Both the position numbers and the translations under genes were made by a program. Under the pieces are notes generated by a model. The model ran no database searches. It saw only the letters and a program-made list of their open reading frames with translations, and was not told the origin of the DNA. From contig OX597821.1 in assembly GCA_951406725.2 (NCBI GenBank), positions 54,870,001-54,934,000 on the forward strand: a stretch of 64,000 nucleotides of DNA. The letters run 5' to 3'. The stretch comes from Octopus vulgaris (taxonomy: Eukaryota). Shown in pieces: positions 1 to 15,021 of this stretch. Each line of letters opens with the position of its first letter. Within the stretch, counting starts at the first letter, position 1.

Positions 1-609
1 TCAACCTACGCTAACACACAACACACACACACACACACACACATGTGCATGTTATATAAGTGCAGGCATGGGTGAATGATTAAAGGGATCACTTTGCAAC
101 CACTTGACTTTAGGTTCAGTCCCACTGCATGGCACTTTCGTCAACAGTCCTTTACTATAACCCTGAGCTAACCAATGCCGTTTGAGTGAATTTGGTAGAT
201 AGAAACTATGTGGAAGCCCAGCATGTGTGTATATATGTGAACGGGTGTGTATGTGTGTGTATGTGTGTGCATGTGTGTGTGCATGTGTACGTGTGTCTGT
301 GTGTATATATATATGTGTATGTGTGTGTGTGTGTGCGTGTGTGTGTTATTTCAAATTTCGGCATGAAGTCAGCAATTTTGGAGGAAGGGTTAAGTCAATT
401 ACATTGACCCCATTATTCAGCTGGCCCTTTATTTTATTAACCCGAAAGGGATGAACGGCAAAGCCAACCGCAACAGAATTTGAGCTACAAGACGACCAAA
501 TGCTGCTAAGCATATTGCCCAGCATGCTAATGGTTCTGCCAGATCACTGCCTTCATATATATATGTGTGTGTATGTGTGTGTGCATGTTTACATGAACTT
601 AAATATATA

Positions 610-871
610 TCCAGTCATAGAGTGACCAATGGTATTGCATCCATAATGTGCTTAGCTTTATAGTTAAATTGTCAGACTCTAGTAGTGGCCATGAGCATAT
701 AACCTCTCTTCAAACTGGAGGCAAAAGACCCTCTCCAAAGAACCTCATTCTCACCCAGCCCCACCAGTCTAAAGAGAGGTTATGTGCCTGCGGCCATAGG
801 AGTCTGACAAGTTATCTGTAAAGCTAAGCGCTTTATGAATGTGAATAACTAATTGGTTATTCTATGACCAG
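610..871. mobile_element. Foldback MITE with ~110-bp imperfect inverted arms
   Basis: GTCATAGAGTGACCAAT..GCTTAGCTTTATAG..TTGTCAGACTC..ATAACCTCTCTT is mirrored by AAGAGAGGTTAT..GAGTCTGACAA..AAAGCTAAGC..ATTGGTTATTCTATGAC, in a TA-rich context. Confidence 0.8.
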
Positions 872-1380
872 ACATATATATGTGTGTGCACACACACACA
901 TGTGTAAATGCACACACACACACATACACAAATATGTCTTGGTTGTATCATTTGAGAAATCTTTAGTTAAGTTTTCTATTTGTCAAATATATGGAATACA
1001 TCAGGAAGAAGATGAGAAAACGTTTCTTTGCTTCCCCATCATTGCTTACATTTAAACCTGATAATTCACACATCAGCCATGTCACGGTCTGTCATTTAAA
1101 TAATAGCAAAGAAATGTGTTTTTTATATATAAAAAAAAATTAAAAAAACAACCTTATCTTTTAATCTCCTCAGCTGAAGAAGATTCCTTCTATTGATATG
1201 AGAATCAAAGCCCCATCAGTGAGATAATAGCAACGATGACAGATGCAAAAGGTCAATACTTTAACCTCTCTCACATAATCTATAATGTTTGCTGCTAGTA
1301 GATGTCATTACGCACTGATCCTAATTATCTTTCTATACAATTAATTTCAGTGAGATGATGATGATAATAATAATAATAAC

Positions 1381-1415
<35 letters not shown>

Positions 1416-1873
1416 TGATAATGATAATGTGAATTCATTTGCTATTTTCTATACCACCCCGTTATATTCTTGCTTTTCACTATGTTGTTGTATGTAAACC
1501 ATTCAGGTTAAATAAACTTCCCACTCAACATTTCTTGTGAAAAACCACAGGCCTGATATTGATATTCAAACACAACAATGCCTACAGCTAGTGAAAGCAC
1601 ATACATTGATGATGATGATGATGATGATAATGATGATGATGTTGATCATCATCATCAATTTCATTGTCATCAGCACCACCACCACCACCACCACCAGTAT
1701 CATTGTTATTGTCTATAACATAATATCTAGTTCCTCCCTAATGCCTCTGTTCCCTCCCATCTCCATTAATAGACCACACTAATACAATCACTACTTTCAT
1801 ATCTTTGACATTTCTTTCAGGAACAAGCAATTACACACAAACATATATCCACACACAAACATATATCCATAAC

Positions 1874-1910
<37 letters not shown>

Positions 1911-1986
1911 TATATATATATCAACATCATCATTATCTGTAGCAGCTTTTAACATCAATTTTTCATGTGTTAGACTGTGTGTGTGC

Positions 1987-2021
<35 letters not shown>

Positions 2022-2946
2022 TATATATAGTCATCCATGAATCAGACATTATACACACAATATATACACTAGTTACTGCAGAATTTGTCTTGAGACAAAT
2101 AACAACTCTTAGAGATTAAGAGAGTATCTTTTATGGACTTGTTGTGTTAAAGGCAATGAATATCAGAGAGCAATGAAAATTCATCCTAGCAGTGGCTAGT
2201 GAGACCATCGAATGACTTTGAACTTATTGGGTCTTTTCAGTAGTGTATACACAGAGACAGTCATATTTATCTTTATTATAGGCACGATGGCCCGAATTAA
2301 GAGGGGACATTACAAAACAGGACGTGGGGTACATAAACTAAAAAATCGAAAAATATGATATGAAAATGAATTATTTGTGATGAATTAAATGGAATGACTT
2401 ACGAGCCCCCCAAAACTTGTAGTTTCATTTAAAATACAGTTCTGCTATACTGGGCATTCATCTGTAATGCATTCTATTAACTTGTCCTGGTCTACAATCG
2501 CTGGCAAACTGTCGCAACGGATATATTGCATTTCACAAACAGTCGTAAACACACTTTTCAATTTCATATATTTGGATAAGAATTCATTGTCTCAGATATA
2601 AGAAAAAGTGAATAAAACATCCACTGATATTGTGAACAGCCTTTTCACTGATTAAAAATCCTGTATATGCAATTGAGGCAGTATTTAATTAAAAGAGCCA
2701 TCTGTGTAATATACTTAATGTATAAATACAGGCAATAGGCCAATTACTGCAGTATTTCTTGTGAAACTACATCTCTTATGGTCTTGCTAGATAATGAATC
2801 CTTATTTGGGCATGATGCTTTGATGTACATACATCTTTGCATGATGTGTGTGTGTGTGTGTAACTTTTGCATGTTCATGTATTTGTGTAGGTATGTTTGT
2901 GTGAGTGGATGTGTGCATTGATGTATGTGTGTGAGTGTCTGTGTGT

Positions 2947-3006
<60 letters not shown>

Positions 3007-3389
3007 ACATTTGTGTATATTTGGGTGTGTGTGTGTGTGTAAAATATACCAGTCTTTTAGATGTTTTGTGAACCTACATCATCATCATCATCGTCATATT
3101 ATGTCCACATTCTCTGCTGGCATGAGTTGGATTGGTTTGGCAAAGTCCCAATGAGTCAAGGACTGCACCATACTGGAGTATCTGCCTTGGCATGGTTTCT
3201 TAAGCTGGATGCCCTTCCATTGCTAACCATTTTACAGTGTGTAATGAGTACTTTTTTACATGCTACTAGAACTTCGGTCACCATGCAGCTTGAAGGCTGC
3301 TTCTGTATATAAGATGGGAGTTAAGATGTAGGGGAAGATGTTGAAGTAGAGCAGGTTCATGTTGTAGAGGAGCTACATGGCTACTCACA

Positions 3390-3427
<38 letters not shown>

Positions 3428-4929
3428 TTACAGGTATTTCCAAAGTGATGGACAGTTTTGATGAGGTGTCATCCAAGTGGCAGCATCAGGTGGAAGAAAT
3501 GGGAATTTACAAGAGTGCATGGGAGGAGAGATAGGAGAACCTGGTGGTATAAAAGAATTAGTTTTATAGGTATTAAGAGACAATTCCTGACTAGGTCAGA
3601 AAACATGTACGTCCAACCATCTGCAAGAGTCTTCAGACATTTCAAGTGATACCATTTATTATACCTCTCTTTCCTCTTACCAATATACTCTTTGGGACCT
3701 CAGGATATATATTAATTCTGTTTAATATCTCAAAAAAACTCATGACTATATAGTTAAGAAGTTTACTTCAGAAGTACATGGTTTGTTGAGCGATTATCAT
3801 CTGAAAGTAACATGACATGCTAGAAGTAGCAGTCATACCTCTCTCAAATTATACTTAATCATCTTTATGGAGATAGGAAAAGGAGGATGCATGGAATAAT
3901 GAAATCCTCCAGGATAATATGCTCAATAGTGGTTGGCCAGGGTCAAATCATCTTTTATTCTAAATTGGAGATGATCTGGGATTCAAAGCAACAATAACAA
4001 TAGTGTCACTGCTACCACTACTATCGTTATCATATTATGTAGGTAGAGTTGGTTAAGACAACTTATCTGATTCCTAATCCTGGTTGAAATGAAGATTTCC
4101 ATTCAGGAATGTTTCACACACTCATACACACATGCATACATACACACATGCATGTACCTTCACACACATATGCATACACTGGAATAGAGAAGATTCCATA
4201 GGAATACTCTGGTAGCTCAGACTCTGTGTCTGAGATGACCAGCAAACTAAACACTAGCATGACTTAAGATGATAAAGGTGTCAAGATGGTCAAATATTGA
4301 TTTGTGACATTAACACAAGGTTTCAGGGATGGAAGAGCTGATTAAATTGATGCCAATACACAGCACCAGTACAATAACAATAGTATTAACGATAACAACT
4401 TGTGAAGCAAAGTGGCCAGTTACTTTTCCATTTAACTATGGATGAAAAAGCAGATTTTTAAAACGATACAAAATGATATAAATGACCTAAGTAGAGCATT
4501 ATCTTATTTTATGGTGCAATTTAACAGATACTAAATTTGAAAACTGTTATTTTAAAAAAGAAAACTGACAAAAATAGTCTCAAATATGTCAACTGTCGGT
4601 TAGTTGCCACTTTGTGCCTTCATCTTTTTACTTGTGGGCTCTCTTTTGATAAACACATTCAAAGCAAGAATGGCATTTCATTTGTTCTATCAAAAACTTA
4701 AAAACCAGATCAATATCTCACTCTTCTTCAGGCATATATTCTGAATCATGTCACTCGTGAGGCTACAAAATTGTGTTGTACCTTTTGACACTGTATTAAG
4801 AGTCTTTGGTTTAACAAATATGGAAATTAAAAAAAAAATTCTTGTGTTTTTGCAATTTAAGTAAAATTTTCAGAATTCTTATTCATTAGTTGAATGTGAT
4901 TATATATTTTAATTACAATTAATGGTTAG

Positions 4930-6600
4930 GAATATCAGAGTCAAAGCTACAATGATACAAAGACAGAAGATATGAAGAAAAGAACATGGAGGCTAAAAGG
5001 CCCTGCAGTTGGTCATAGGTTGAGAAAAATTCTAATTGGTATGCATGACAAGGAAAAGGAATTAGATACCTATAGCATAGATGACAAACAGAAGTTTCTA
5101 TGAGATAAACTGTTGATAAACAAAGTGAAGCTGATGTGCTGGTAGGACGACGCAGTAGATAAAGTTGTAAAAGCTAAGAGGCAGGCTTAGAAAACCTAGA
5201 AAGTAAGTGACATTAGAGAACATAATCAAGAAAGACAACGAGGCATCAGGTGAAAGAAGAAGTAGAAAGGAAGAGTCTTGCATGGTATGATGTAAGGATC
5301 AGAGGCATGAGGTGTTAAGGATTGTGGGACAAGTAAAGAGAACTGAGACACCTGAAATGATGAAGGCACACTTACTGTTACTGTAAATAGAGGATTTTAA
5401 ATACAAAGAATGCATGGAATAAAGAGGAGCTGCTTTATGAAGATTCTATAGAGGGACTGGTAGGTCAAGTTGACAGCAGTGTAGTAGATAGAGAAATTAA
5501 AGATATGAAGCAGGAAAAACTGCTAATCTCTTATTGATAGCTACTGAAATTCTCAAATGTCTGGTGAGATAGGATACGTGGTAATCATTTGAATAGTTAA
5601 TCAAATATTAGAGGAAGGTGTTATACTCAATGACTGGCATAACAATATCATAGTAAACTGCTACGAGAACAAAGGAGATGCTATAGAGAGAAGAAATTAA
5701 GAGAGAAATCAAGTTATTGGATTAGGCTATGAAGATCATGGAGAAAGTCATAGAGCAATTGATCTAAATCAAAGTCAACTTCAATGAGATGCAGTTCAGC
5801 TTTGTACTTAGAAGAGGTGCCAGGAATGCAATATTCCTATTGAGACAATTTCAGAAGAAACACTTAGCAAAGAATAAACCAATATACCTGGCATTTATTG
5901 ACTTGGAGTAGGCCTTTGACAAGATGCCATGCTCTATAACTGATAATCACAAAGGAAACTAAATGTAGATGAATAACTTGTGGGAGCTATACAAGCTTTG
6001 TACAAAGGTGGAATAAATAAAGTGTGGGACAAAAAGCTTAGCAACAAAAAAGGTTCAATCCCCAACCATCTCCTATTCATCATAATCATATATTTATGAT
6101 TGTATAAGGTAATTCCAGGTATGGAAGCAAAACCTAGAATCAAGAGGCTTTAGCAAAGTGTTGTAATCCTTAATGTTGGATTGTCATAACACCCACTCTG
6201 GTATAGCAGTAGAGTAGGAAAGCAACTAAAATGACAACTATCTATGACCATCTACTACATATTCTCCCTCTATACTGACCAATGACACCTTATTTATAGC
6301 GACTAGCACATACCACTCATCACATGAGAGGAGTGTACCATTATTACTATTATCTGCACAACACAAATACTAAGCTGTTTGCTGGCAAGAAAGAAGTGTA
6401 AGCTATGTACATGCAAGAAATATGATAGAATCATAAGTAGACTAACAGAGAAGATAAGATTCCAATGTAGCAAGTACACTAGAGCAATATTTACTAACAG
6501 TACACTAGAATTAGTCACTTTTAAGTGATCAGTTGGCTCACTAGACGTAGTTGATATATTCTGCTGCATTGGTGACAAAATTAGGAGAAGAATTGGTTAT
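4930..6600 (+). pseudogene. RTE-clade LINE reverse transcriptase remnant
   Basis: EGVILNDWHNNIIVNCYENKGDAIERRN*REIKLLD*AMKIMEKVIEQ..NEMQFSFV..AIFLLRQFQKKHLAKNKPIYLAFIDLE*AFDK at ~5610-5930; later piece SLDVVDIFCCIGDKI at ~6540-6585. Outer boundaries approximate. Confidence 0.82.
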
Positions 6601-8811
6601 TTGGAAAGTAACTAACTTTTCCTATCACATTTTCCAATCATACTCTTGCACCTTCCCACTTATTCTGGTCTTTCTTTTTTCTTGCTTTCTGTCTCATCCT
6701 CTCCTTGGTCTCCTGAGTAAATATACACAGATTCGCTTATAAAGTACTCTCCACACTTACATTCTGACCTCCCACTCCTCCTCAACTACACATTTCTGGC
6801 CTTTCTGCTGCTATTGCTCTCTTTCCAATACCACTCCTCAGTCTACATGACACAGGTTACTGAGTATTCTCCACATCTGCTGTGTACTGGGCATGCACCT
6901 CCCTTGTTTGTGCTATAACAGAACCTGCTGCACTTTCTTTACAGGAGAATAGTAATGAAGGTTATGTTTCTAGTGCTTCTTTGACAGAAATGTACCCAGT
7001 ACTCAGTGTAAAGTGATTGGCAATGATTTTAATTATGAAGTCCTTTAAACCAGGAGATAGATTAAATCTACTGCATAATAGATCAGTATATCTTCCATCC
7101 TATTTCTGTTACCCAATTCCACATGCAAAGTGCTATGCAATGAGATCAAACCTGAAACCATACAGTCATGAAATGAATTTCTTAACACAACCATGTTTGT
7201 GCCGTTTACAGCCAAGGTCTGTAGTTTTTGTTGTTGTTGCTGCTGTTATCTGCCCTGATCCAGCAGACGCATGATAAAAAGCATTCCAGCTGTGACAATA
7301 CTATATTATTCTTTTATTAATTTAGACATGATGCACCTAGGACTACATTATTTAACAAGCCTGTTTTTCTTTTTCAAGGAATTGACTAATTTCTCAACAT
7401 TTGAGCTACTACGAGTGAATTCGTACATAGTGAATTCAATTGGCACATTAATAACAAAATATGGTTGCATTGAAGCAAAGAATAATGCTCTTATTCTTTA
7501 GGAAAATGGTTTAGAAAAACGCACTTCTGGCATTCTGAAGGTGGGTGCTCATTGTGCATCTCTAAGATAACAAATTACAACTTGAACAGGTAAGGTCATT
7601 GTAATTTATTATGTGTTTGCTGGAGACATGCTGTTATCCTTATTCATATATAAATCAGTTCTAAGACTATTTTACCAAACTTAAATAGCGCAGTAACAGT
7701 CTCACCTTGATATTTTTCACAGCAGAAAAAACAAGATATCCTGAGAATACAAAATATTTGGTTTATCAAGTTCAGATATTTCATTTGTTTCTTTAATTGA
7801 CTTATAAAATCTTCTAATCTTTCATTAATCGAAATCTGTGAAACTAGTCAGCTCCATATTTAATTAAAGGTGAGTGCAAAGATTAAGTGATATTATGTAA
7901 AAAGATAATATATAAGAGATTGAGTATCTTGTTATTACTGTACATCACACTTTTTGTAAATGGTAATTAGGCATTATCACCATCATTGTAGACAGTATCA
8001 TCATCATTATAATTATCGTTATTCGCAATCCTTGAAACAAATTACTACTGATCTATCTTTCCATTCCCAGCATCACCATAAGCATCACCACCACCATCAT
8101 TGACAAGTATGTTATAAGACATTTATAACCAACAGAGAAAGAGAATGAGGAAAAGAAAGAGGGAGGAAAGAAGCAAACTAACAAACTTGTTGCCGCTTTC
8201 CGTTTCAACTTCCTGCTTTGTGAAATATAATTAACTGTGAAATCTTACAACACTGTATAGCTAAAGTTAGCTGGAACAGCTAGAAATATTTGAATTACTG
8301 GTTCAATCAGAGCTTGGGTATGGTGATCAGAACTTCCATTTAAACTTAGGACAAATTCCTTATCTTAAAAAATAAAGAAAAAATACCTACATTAGATTAT
8401 GCTATCTAGAAAGCCCCCTAAAGAGAGATAGCATGGACAGCTGCAGAGCCTTTTGCTCATAGGTTAGCTTCATCAGCGACTGACCATATTTTTCCCGCTT
8501 TTACTACTGAGAGGGGAAGGGCAGCACCTATGAATCCTCAAGGGCCAGTGAGATTGGTAGCAAATAAAGGAAGTAAATTATCAAGAACTGAATATCTAGA
8601 CTAAATGTGTCCAATAGAGTAGATTCTACTTTAGTCTCATACTGGCTAAGTGGTTTCAAACATGGTGATGGATTAAATCTACAACCCAAAGGCAGACCAC
8701 TCAGATTGGGTTGCACCAGCAGTCTACATACAAAAGAAAAATAATAAATTACGAGTTTGTACAAATTTTTCAACAGGTTTAAATGATGGCTTAAGCTCAC
8801 ATAACTACCCA

Positions 8812-9349
8812 TTGCTGTTTGTGAGAAAAATAAAATCAGACTTTAACAAATTACTACCCGGTAAGAAAAGAAAAATTGCAATGGATAATACAGCAGGATA
8901 TTTCAAAATTGGTGAAAGTGCATTTTTTAGGGCATATAAGAATGGAAAACAAAGTTGGGGAGATGGCATGATTACCAAACACATAGGAAAAATGCTATAC
9001 TTGGTAAAAGGAAGAGAATGAGTTTACAAGAGAAAACATTAATCAACTAAAAAAAAGATTGGTTGAAAGTGAACTCAAGAGAATGGAAGAACCATTGAAA
9101 TGGTTATATGATACTTTCCAAAAACCAATGCTACTACAAATAATTGAACCCAGACACACAAGCAAAAGAAAAAGAAAATGCATGGAGTTCCTGGAAGTGG
9201 ATGACAAATGAAAAAAAATATTAAATTTGTAACTGAATGAAAAGAAAAAAAATTCAAAAAAGGGAGGTGGGATGATGTAAAAATTATTGTTAAAAAAAAA
9301 AAAATTACACTCCTTGAAAAAAAAACTTATAAAGGGAAAGGTTATGGGG

Positions 9350-9422
<73 letters not shown>

Positions 9423-9679
9423 CAATAATGAGAATGGAACACTCCTCTCCTGTGATAAGTGGTATGTGATAGTTGTTACAAATATTGAGACCTAGGAAGT
9501 AGTGACAGTCGAGAAGTTGGTGGAATTGGTCATAGATAGTTGTGTCAGCCCTGTTGAGAAGAGTATAGCTGTAATAGATATTCCCTGATCATCATCAGGA
9601 AATATCTATTACAGCTATACTATTTTTCTGTTAAAGGCTTAATTTATCCAAGATATTTCTATCATGCTGTATAACTACA
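8812..9679 (+). mobile_element. Gypsy/Ty3 LTR retrotransposon 3' remnant: integrase C-terminus, PPT and putative LTR
   Basis: LFVRKIKSDFNKLLP..FKIGESAFFRAYKNGKQSWGDGMITKHIGKMLYLVKG (SH3-like integrase tail); purine tract AAAAAAGGGAGGTGGGA at 9256-9272; TGTA(9276)...TACA(9679). Confidence 0.65.
9562..9621. repeat. Near-perfect 28-bp hairpin with a 4-nt loop
   Basis: AGTATAGCTGTAATAGATATTCCCTGAT-CATC-ATCAGGAAATATCTATTACAGCTATACT, one mismatch. Confidence 0.9.
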
Positions 9680-12600
9680 AAGTGGTAGATTCCTTGGTGG
9701 CTTTTGAAGTTTGTAGTATTGGATTCTGGTAACAAGTAAAATATGATGAAACGGAGAATGAATATGAAAGAAAAAGATCAAAAGAAAGAAGTAAAAATGT
9801 TATGTGATGAAGTCACCCAGTCAGTCTCAAGAGTAAATTTCTAAATAAATGTTTTACACCAGCAGTTATTTAAGAATCAGAAATCCTTAAGAGCTGTGAT
9901 AGAGACAAAATTAGCACCTAGGCAACTCAGTCTTAGGTATAAAGTCAGACAGACAAACAAATCGTAAGAGAATGACAAACTCAAATGATATTTTTACCAC
10001 CAGATATATAGGTAGAATACTTCTGCAGCAAGAAAGAGACAAACATGAGACAAAATTACTATGAAATGGCAACTAATAGCAGGAAATATTGAAGAAGAGT
10101 ATGAAAGAAATGGCATGATACGGTTGATAAATAGTGGATGACTGTTAACTAGCAGCATAAAAGGAGTGATGGAGAAAATAGTAATGACATGCTGAGGCTT
10201 TCATCCAGAACTCAATTGACAACAGCAACATTTGTTACATCAATTAGGGTGATCAAAGCATTTTACTTAGTGAGATTGTAACACAAATATATCAAGATTG
10301 CAAGATTGCTGTGCAAGGTGACTATTTCAAAGGAGATTATGGTAAAACTTAGGTAAAATAATTGTTTTTTTTTATTAAATATAACTAGTCTGGGAACCTT
10401 TTGATACCACCTTAAACAACAGGTAGAATATTTGGGCCTGATATACCCAGTTTCAATACTAAAGGGTTTATGGCTAGGAGAAGTGAATACGTTTAGCTGT
10501 TGTAGGGAGAGTTCCTACATGGTATAAGAACTTTAAGGCTCATTGATTAATAAACCAATAATCAAACCATGGGTCCAGTTTATTTGAATTTCTTGTGCTT
10601 TAGCACATATCTTGTTCTTATTGTTGTAATTGTCATTTAGCCCCAGGCCAATAATGATTGAGCAGACCTATGATCAACTATATTCCAGCCATAGCCATAT
10701 TATCTTTTATTCAGACTTTAAAACTACATTATCCAATATTTCCCAAAAACAGAGAAATATTGAGAGAGATATGGTAGCTATTTCCACAAAGCTAAGTGAT
10801 CTCATAGAGGCTCTCCCTTATCAGTTTACATTATTAAAATGTTCTCCATTCATGTCAAATTTTATTTTAGCCCTTCAAGCAATATCTAGTTAACTAATTG
10901 GCATTTGCAATTATGTGTAATTATGTGCATTAAGGATAGCATTTATAGCACTTAACACAAATCAGCTCTAAACATATTTTCATCTTAAAGTGTCAACTTT
11001 TTAATATTTTCTATTCCTTATTTATATTATCTTTTCATATAATTTATCTTCTTGCTTGACTTCAGGAAATGTTACCCAATCATATAACACCCATTTGAAT
11101 CTGTTTGGAATTATCAACTTTGCAACAACTTTATGTTAATATTTGCTTTCAACATTTGTCGATCTATTTATTTATATTTAAACTAAGATTAAAATTTTTC
11201 TAAAGTTTAAGCTGTTCTTCTTCCCTTAATTTTTGTTTCCTAATGTATTTCCTTCACTATTTCCTTTCCTTAATGTTGTTTATGCATAGCTGTGTGGTTA
11301 AGAAGATTTTCTCCCAATCACATGGTTTTGAGTTCAATTTCACTGACACCTTAAGCAAATATCTTCTACTGTAGCCCCAAGCCAAACAATTCCTTGTGAA
11401 TGAATTTGGCAGACAGAAACACTAAGAAGCTCATCATATAGGTGCAGGCGTGGCTGTGTGATAAGAAGCTTGATTCCTAATTGCATGGTTCTGGGTTCAG
11501 TCCTACTGTGTGGTACCTTGGGCATGTGTTTTCTGCTATGGCCCTAGGCTGACCAAAGCCTTGTGAGTGGATTTGGTAGACGGAAACAGTAAGAAACATG
11601 TCGTATACATATATATCTATATGTGTGTGTCCTTGTTTCTGTGTTTGTCCCCCACTACTGCTTGACGACTGGCGTTGGTGTGTTTGCATCCCCATAATTT
11701 CGTGGTTCGGCAAAAGAGACCAATAGAATAAGTACCAGGCTTAAAATTATGAAATAAGAACACGATGATCCTCTAAGATAGCTGATTCAGAAAGTGTGTT
11801 GTGGCTGAATGGTATTTTATTCATGAAGCCTGGAGAGGTGAAAGATGAGTTTAAAACTACAGCAGGATTTGAACACAGAACACCAAGAGCCAAAGCATTT
11901 GCCATAGAATGTTCTATCTGATAGTCTAACGATTCTACGTATTAACTACCTGATATCGATTATGCTGGTACATTATCATACATTAAAACGCCACTATGCT
12001 ATAACAAATACATCAGAGGAACTTCTTGATATAGGGTCAAACTACATAGTTTCACATTTAGCCTCATATTGTAACTCTATCACAGTTACTTTTGACAAAA
12101 CCAGTACAAATGTTTATGAGTATTTTGTTCCTAAAATAGACCGTGGACATCAATAGGCATTTTTGAAATGCTATCCTTTTTATCAGAAGGCTACGTTTTA
12201 AGTTAAAAATATTGTTTTGTTTAATTGTAAAGCAGAAGAAAGCAGTGATAATAAAAATACATTGGTGTTTTCACTGGTAAACAGTATTTATTGATGTCTT
12301 CACTCTCTACATATTAGATTCATCACAAGAAAGATAATAATCATGACAAATAGTTATCTTTTTGATTGCTAAAATAAAACTGACGTATCGCAAATGGTGT
12401 GTGATGTGTAAAAGTTTAGAGCTAGAATATATCTTTATCAAATGTCAGTTCTGTAATTAATACAAGTGACCTTCTCTGCTCTGTGATTATGCATTGGTGC
12501 CATGGTGGTATTGACTTTATTTATTGTTATCTTATATCACAAATTCTGATCAATGGTTTCCTTAGTTACAGTTTCCCAAGAGCACAATCATTGGTTTACT

Positions 12601-12909
12601 GAATTTCCGAAAGTGAGACCAACTGACAAGGTAGTTTTTGTTACTCCATGCAGAATAAATATAAACAAAGGACTCTGTTTGTAAGGCATTGATCTTTCAC
12701 TCTCCTTGCCAATAGTTACATCCTATTCTGACACATGTTGAAAAGATGTGCTCATATCTATGCATGCACATGCGCGCACACACAAACCAGTGTAGTACCT
12801 ATAAAAATATAACAAATTTTATTTTATTTTGTTTTCTCTGTTATTTTTACCTTCATTCATACATACATACATACACACACACGTACACACACACACACAC
12901 ATATATATA

Positions 12910-13430
12910 ATTCCAAGAGAGTTAGAGGTTGTGAATCCAACCAACTAAGGGATAATATCTATCTAGTATACTGCTGGTAGAATACCCGATTATTAATACA
13001 CAAGTGTTTTTTCATTGCAAGGTAATTACATTACTGGATGTAATAAATGGGTTAGGGTAAAAAGTCATTTTATTCTTAATTTATATAGCAATAAGAAAAT
13101 GGAGGGGATCAAGAGTTGGTATTCATCAACTTATAGATATTATATTATGTCTATTTATTTATTTTTTAAAAAGACAATTATAGCAATATACATACATGTA
13201 TAACATATTATGCTTCATATATATAATATATAAAATATAAATTATAAAAATACCAGTAATTATTAAAATATATAACATAGAACATAGAAAGTAGGATAAA
13301 ATGTTGCAGCTCTTTCAGCCAGGAGGCCATAGTACCCCATTCTACTTTTATCCCTCCAGTGAACTGAAGTATTTGGTAGATAATATTAAGGTACTTGGGG
13401 TATTTTGGGGCTTTGTCAGAGAGTTTAGAA
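12910..13430 (-). mobile_element. Probable Penelope pseudo-LTR with a decayed hammerhead-like motif
   Basis: Same strand as, and downstream of, the GIY-YIG remnant. Minus strand reads CTGACAA-AGCC...GGCT-GAAAGAGCTGCA, a degenerate CTGATGA/GAAAC-AGCT-GT. Confidence 0.4.
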
Positions 13431-14302
13431 AGTTCATAAGGTTAAGTTATAAATATAAATACATACATATATACATACTTTTAAATATACACACATATAC
13501 ATAAATATACATAAACACATATACATATATTAAAATGTATATGCATATGTGCATATGTATATGTATATGCATACAAAGGAATCAATTATTATTATTATTA
13601 TTAGGTGTATTATATTATTCTTATTACATAAAGTATAAATAGAGGAATGTGAAAGTTTTTAAAATTAAAAAAAAATCAATGTATCTTAAGATTATTGTAG
13701 TCATGTAGGAATGAAAAGGTATATACATGAGGAATATATATATGTATATACACGTATACATACACACATATATATATGCATATATATTTTTACGTACAAA
13801 CATACCCATAGGTACATACGTATTACATGTGTTGAGAAGAGAGTAATTGTTTGCAGCAGTTCGTATTATTCTTTTTATATAATTATAATAATTATACACA
13901 AGCAGATATATATATTCATATAAACATGTGATATGTTTTCTTTTGAGGGCTTTAGACAAAAGTCCACAATAAGTGGGTTAGAGTTTATATTAATACCTGT
14001 GATATTAGTTGGTACTACAAGTCATGAATTTCCAGGTATTAATCTTTATTCCAGGTAATAATACTTTATTATTTTCCATTATTTTTTGTTTATCAATTAG
14101 CTGAAATCCTGCAGGAAGTGGGGAGGGGTTTTTGGTCAGTCCTGTAATCTAATTGGTCATCTATTGTTTTAAAAGGCCATGACTTTGTTATGGTTGGTTA
14201 ATGAATAACCGATAACAAAACAAATTAGGCAAAAATATATATATAAATATATATATATATAAATGTATATAAATAAAACAAAAACAAAATGTAGATGAAT
14301 TC

Positions 14303-14339
<37 letters not shown>

Positions 14340-14982
14340 TTTTAAGTTAAAGTGATATTACTGAGGGGATATTGTTTTGATATATTACATATGAAAGATA
14401 ATTTATTACAAAATTATTAAAAAGCCATCTGTTTAACTAGGGGAATCATTTATATATTTACTATCTCATATGGATAATATATGGTTAAAAATATATGTTG
14501 GAAGTTATTCAGGCCACATTCAAATAAGGGATAAAATATCAAAAGTTAATGTATAAGTTGTTTCACAATCAAAAGTTACCATATAAGTTGTTTCACTTAG
14601 ATGTTGTTTATCATTAAAATTATGCTTACAATGTATTCTCCTATAAAGTGCTTTAATTGTAATTCTCTATGCAACAGTGTTTAGTTACTAAATTAATGAA
14701 CCAACTCAATATATATCCTTATATACTCTCTTAGTTATAAATAGAACAAAGGGAGGTAACTCTGGGTTAATTAGGTCTATAATTATAAAATAATACTCAA
14801 AAATTTAGGTCCATTATTCAGTCAATCAATCATCCAACTAATTAATTAATTAATCAATCAATCAAACAATTCATTGGTTCTGTAATGGAGTTGCACATCA
14901 ATGTCTGTATCCATATACATACCTATGCATATACAAAACATATATACAAACAAACACACATATATATATCATCATCATCATC

Positions 14983-15021
<39 letters not shown>

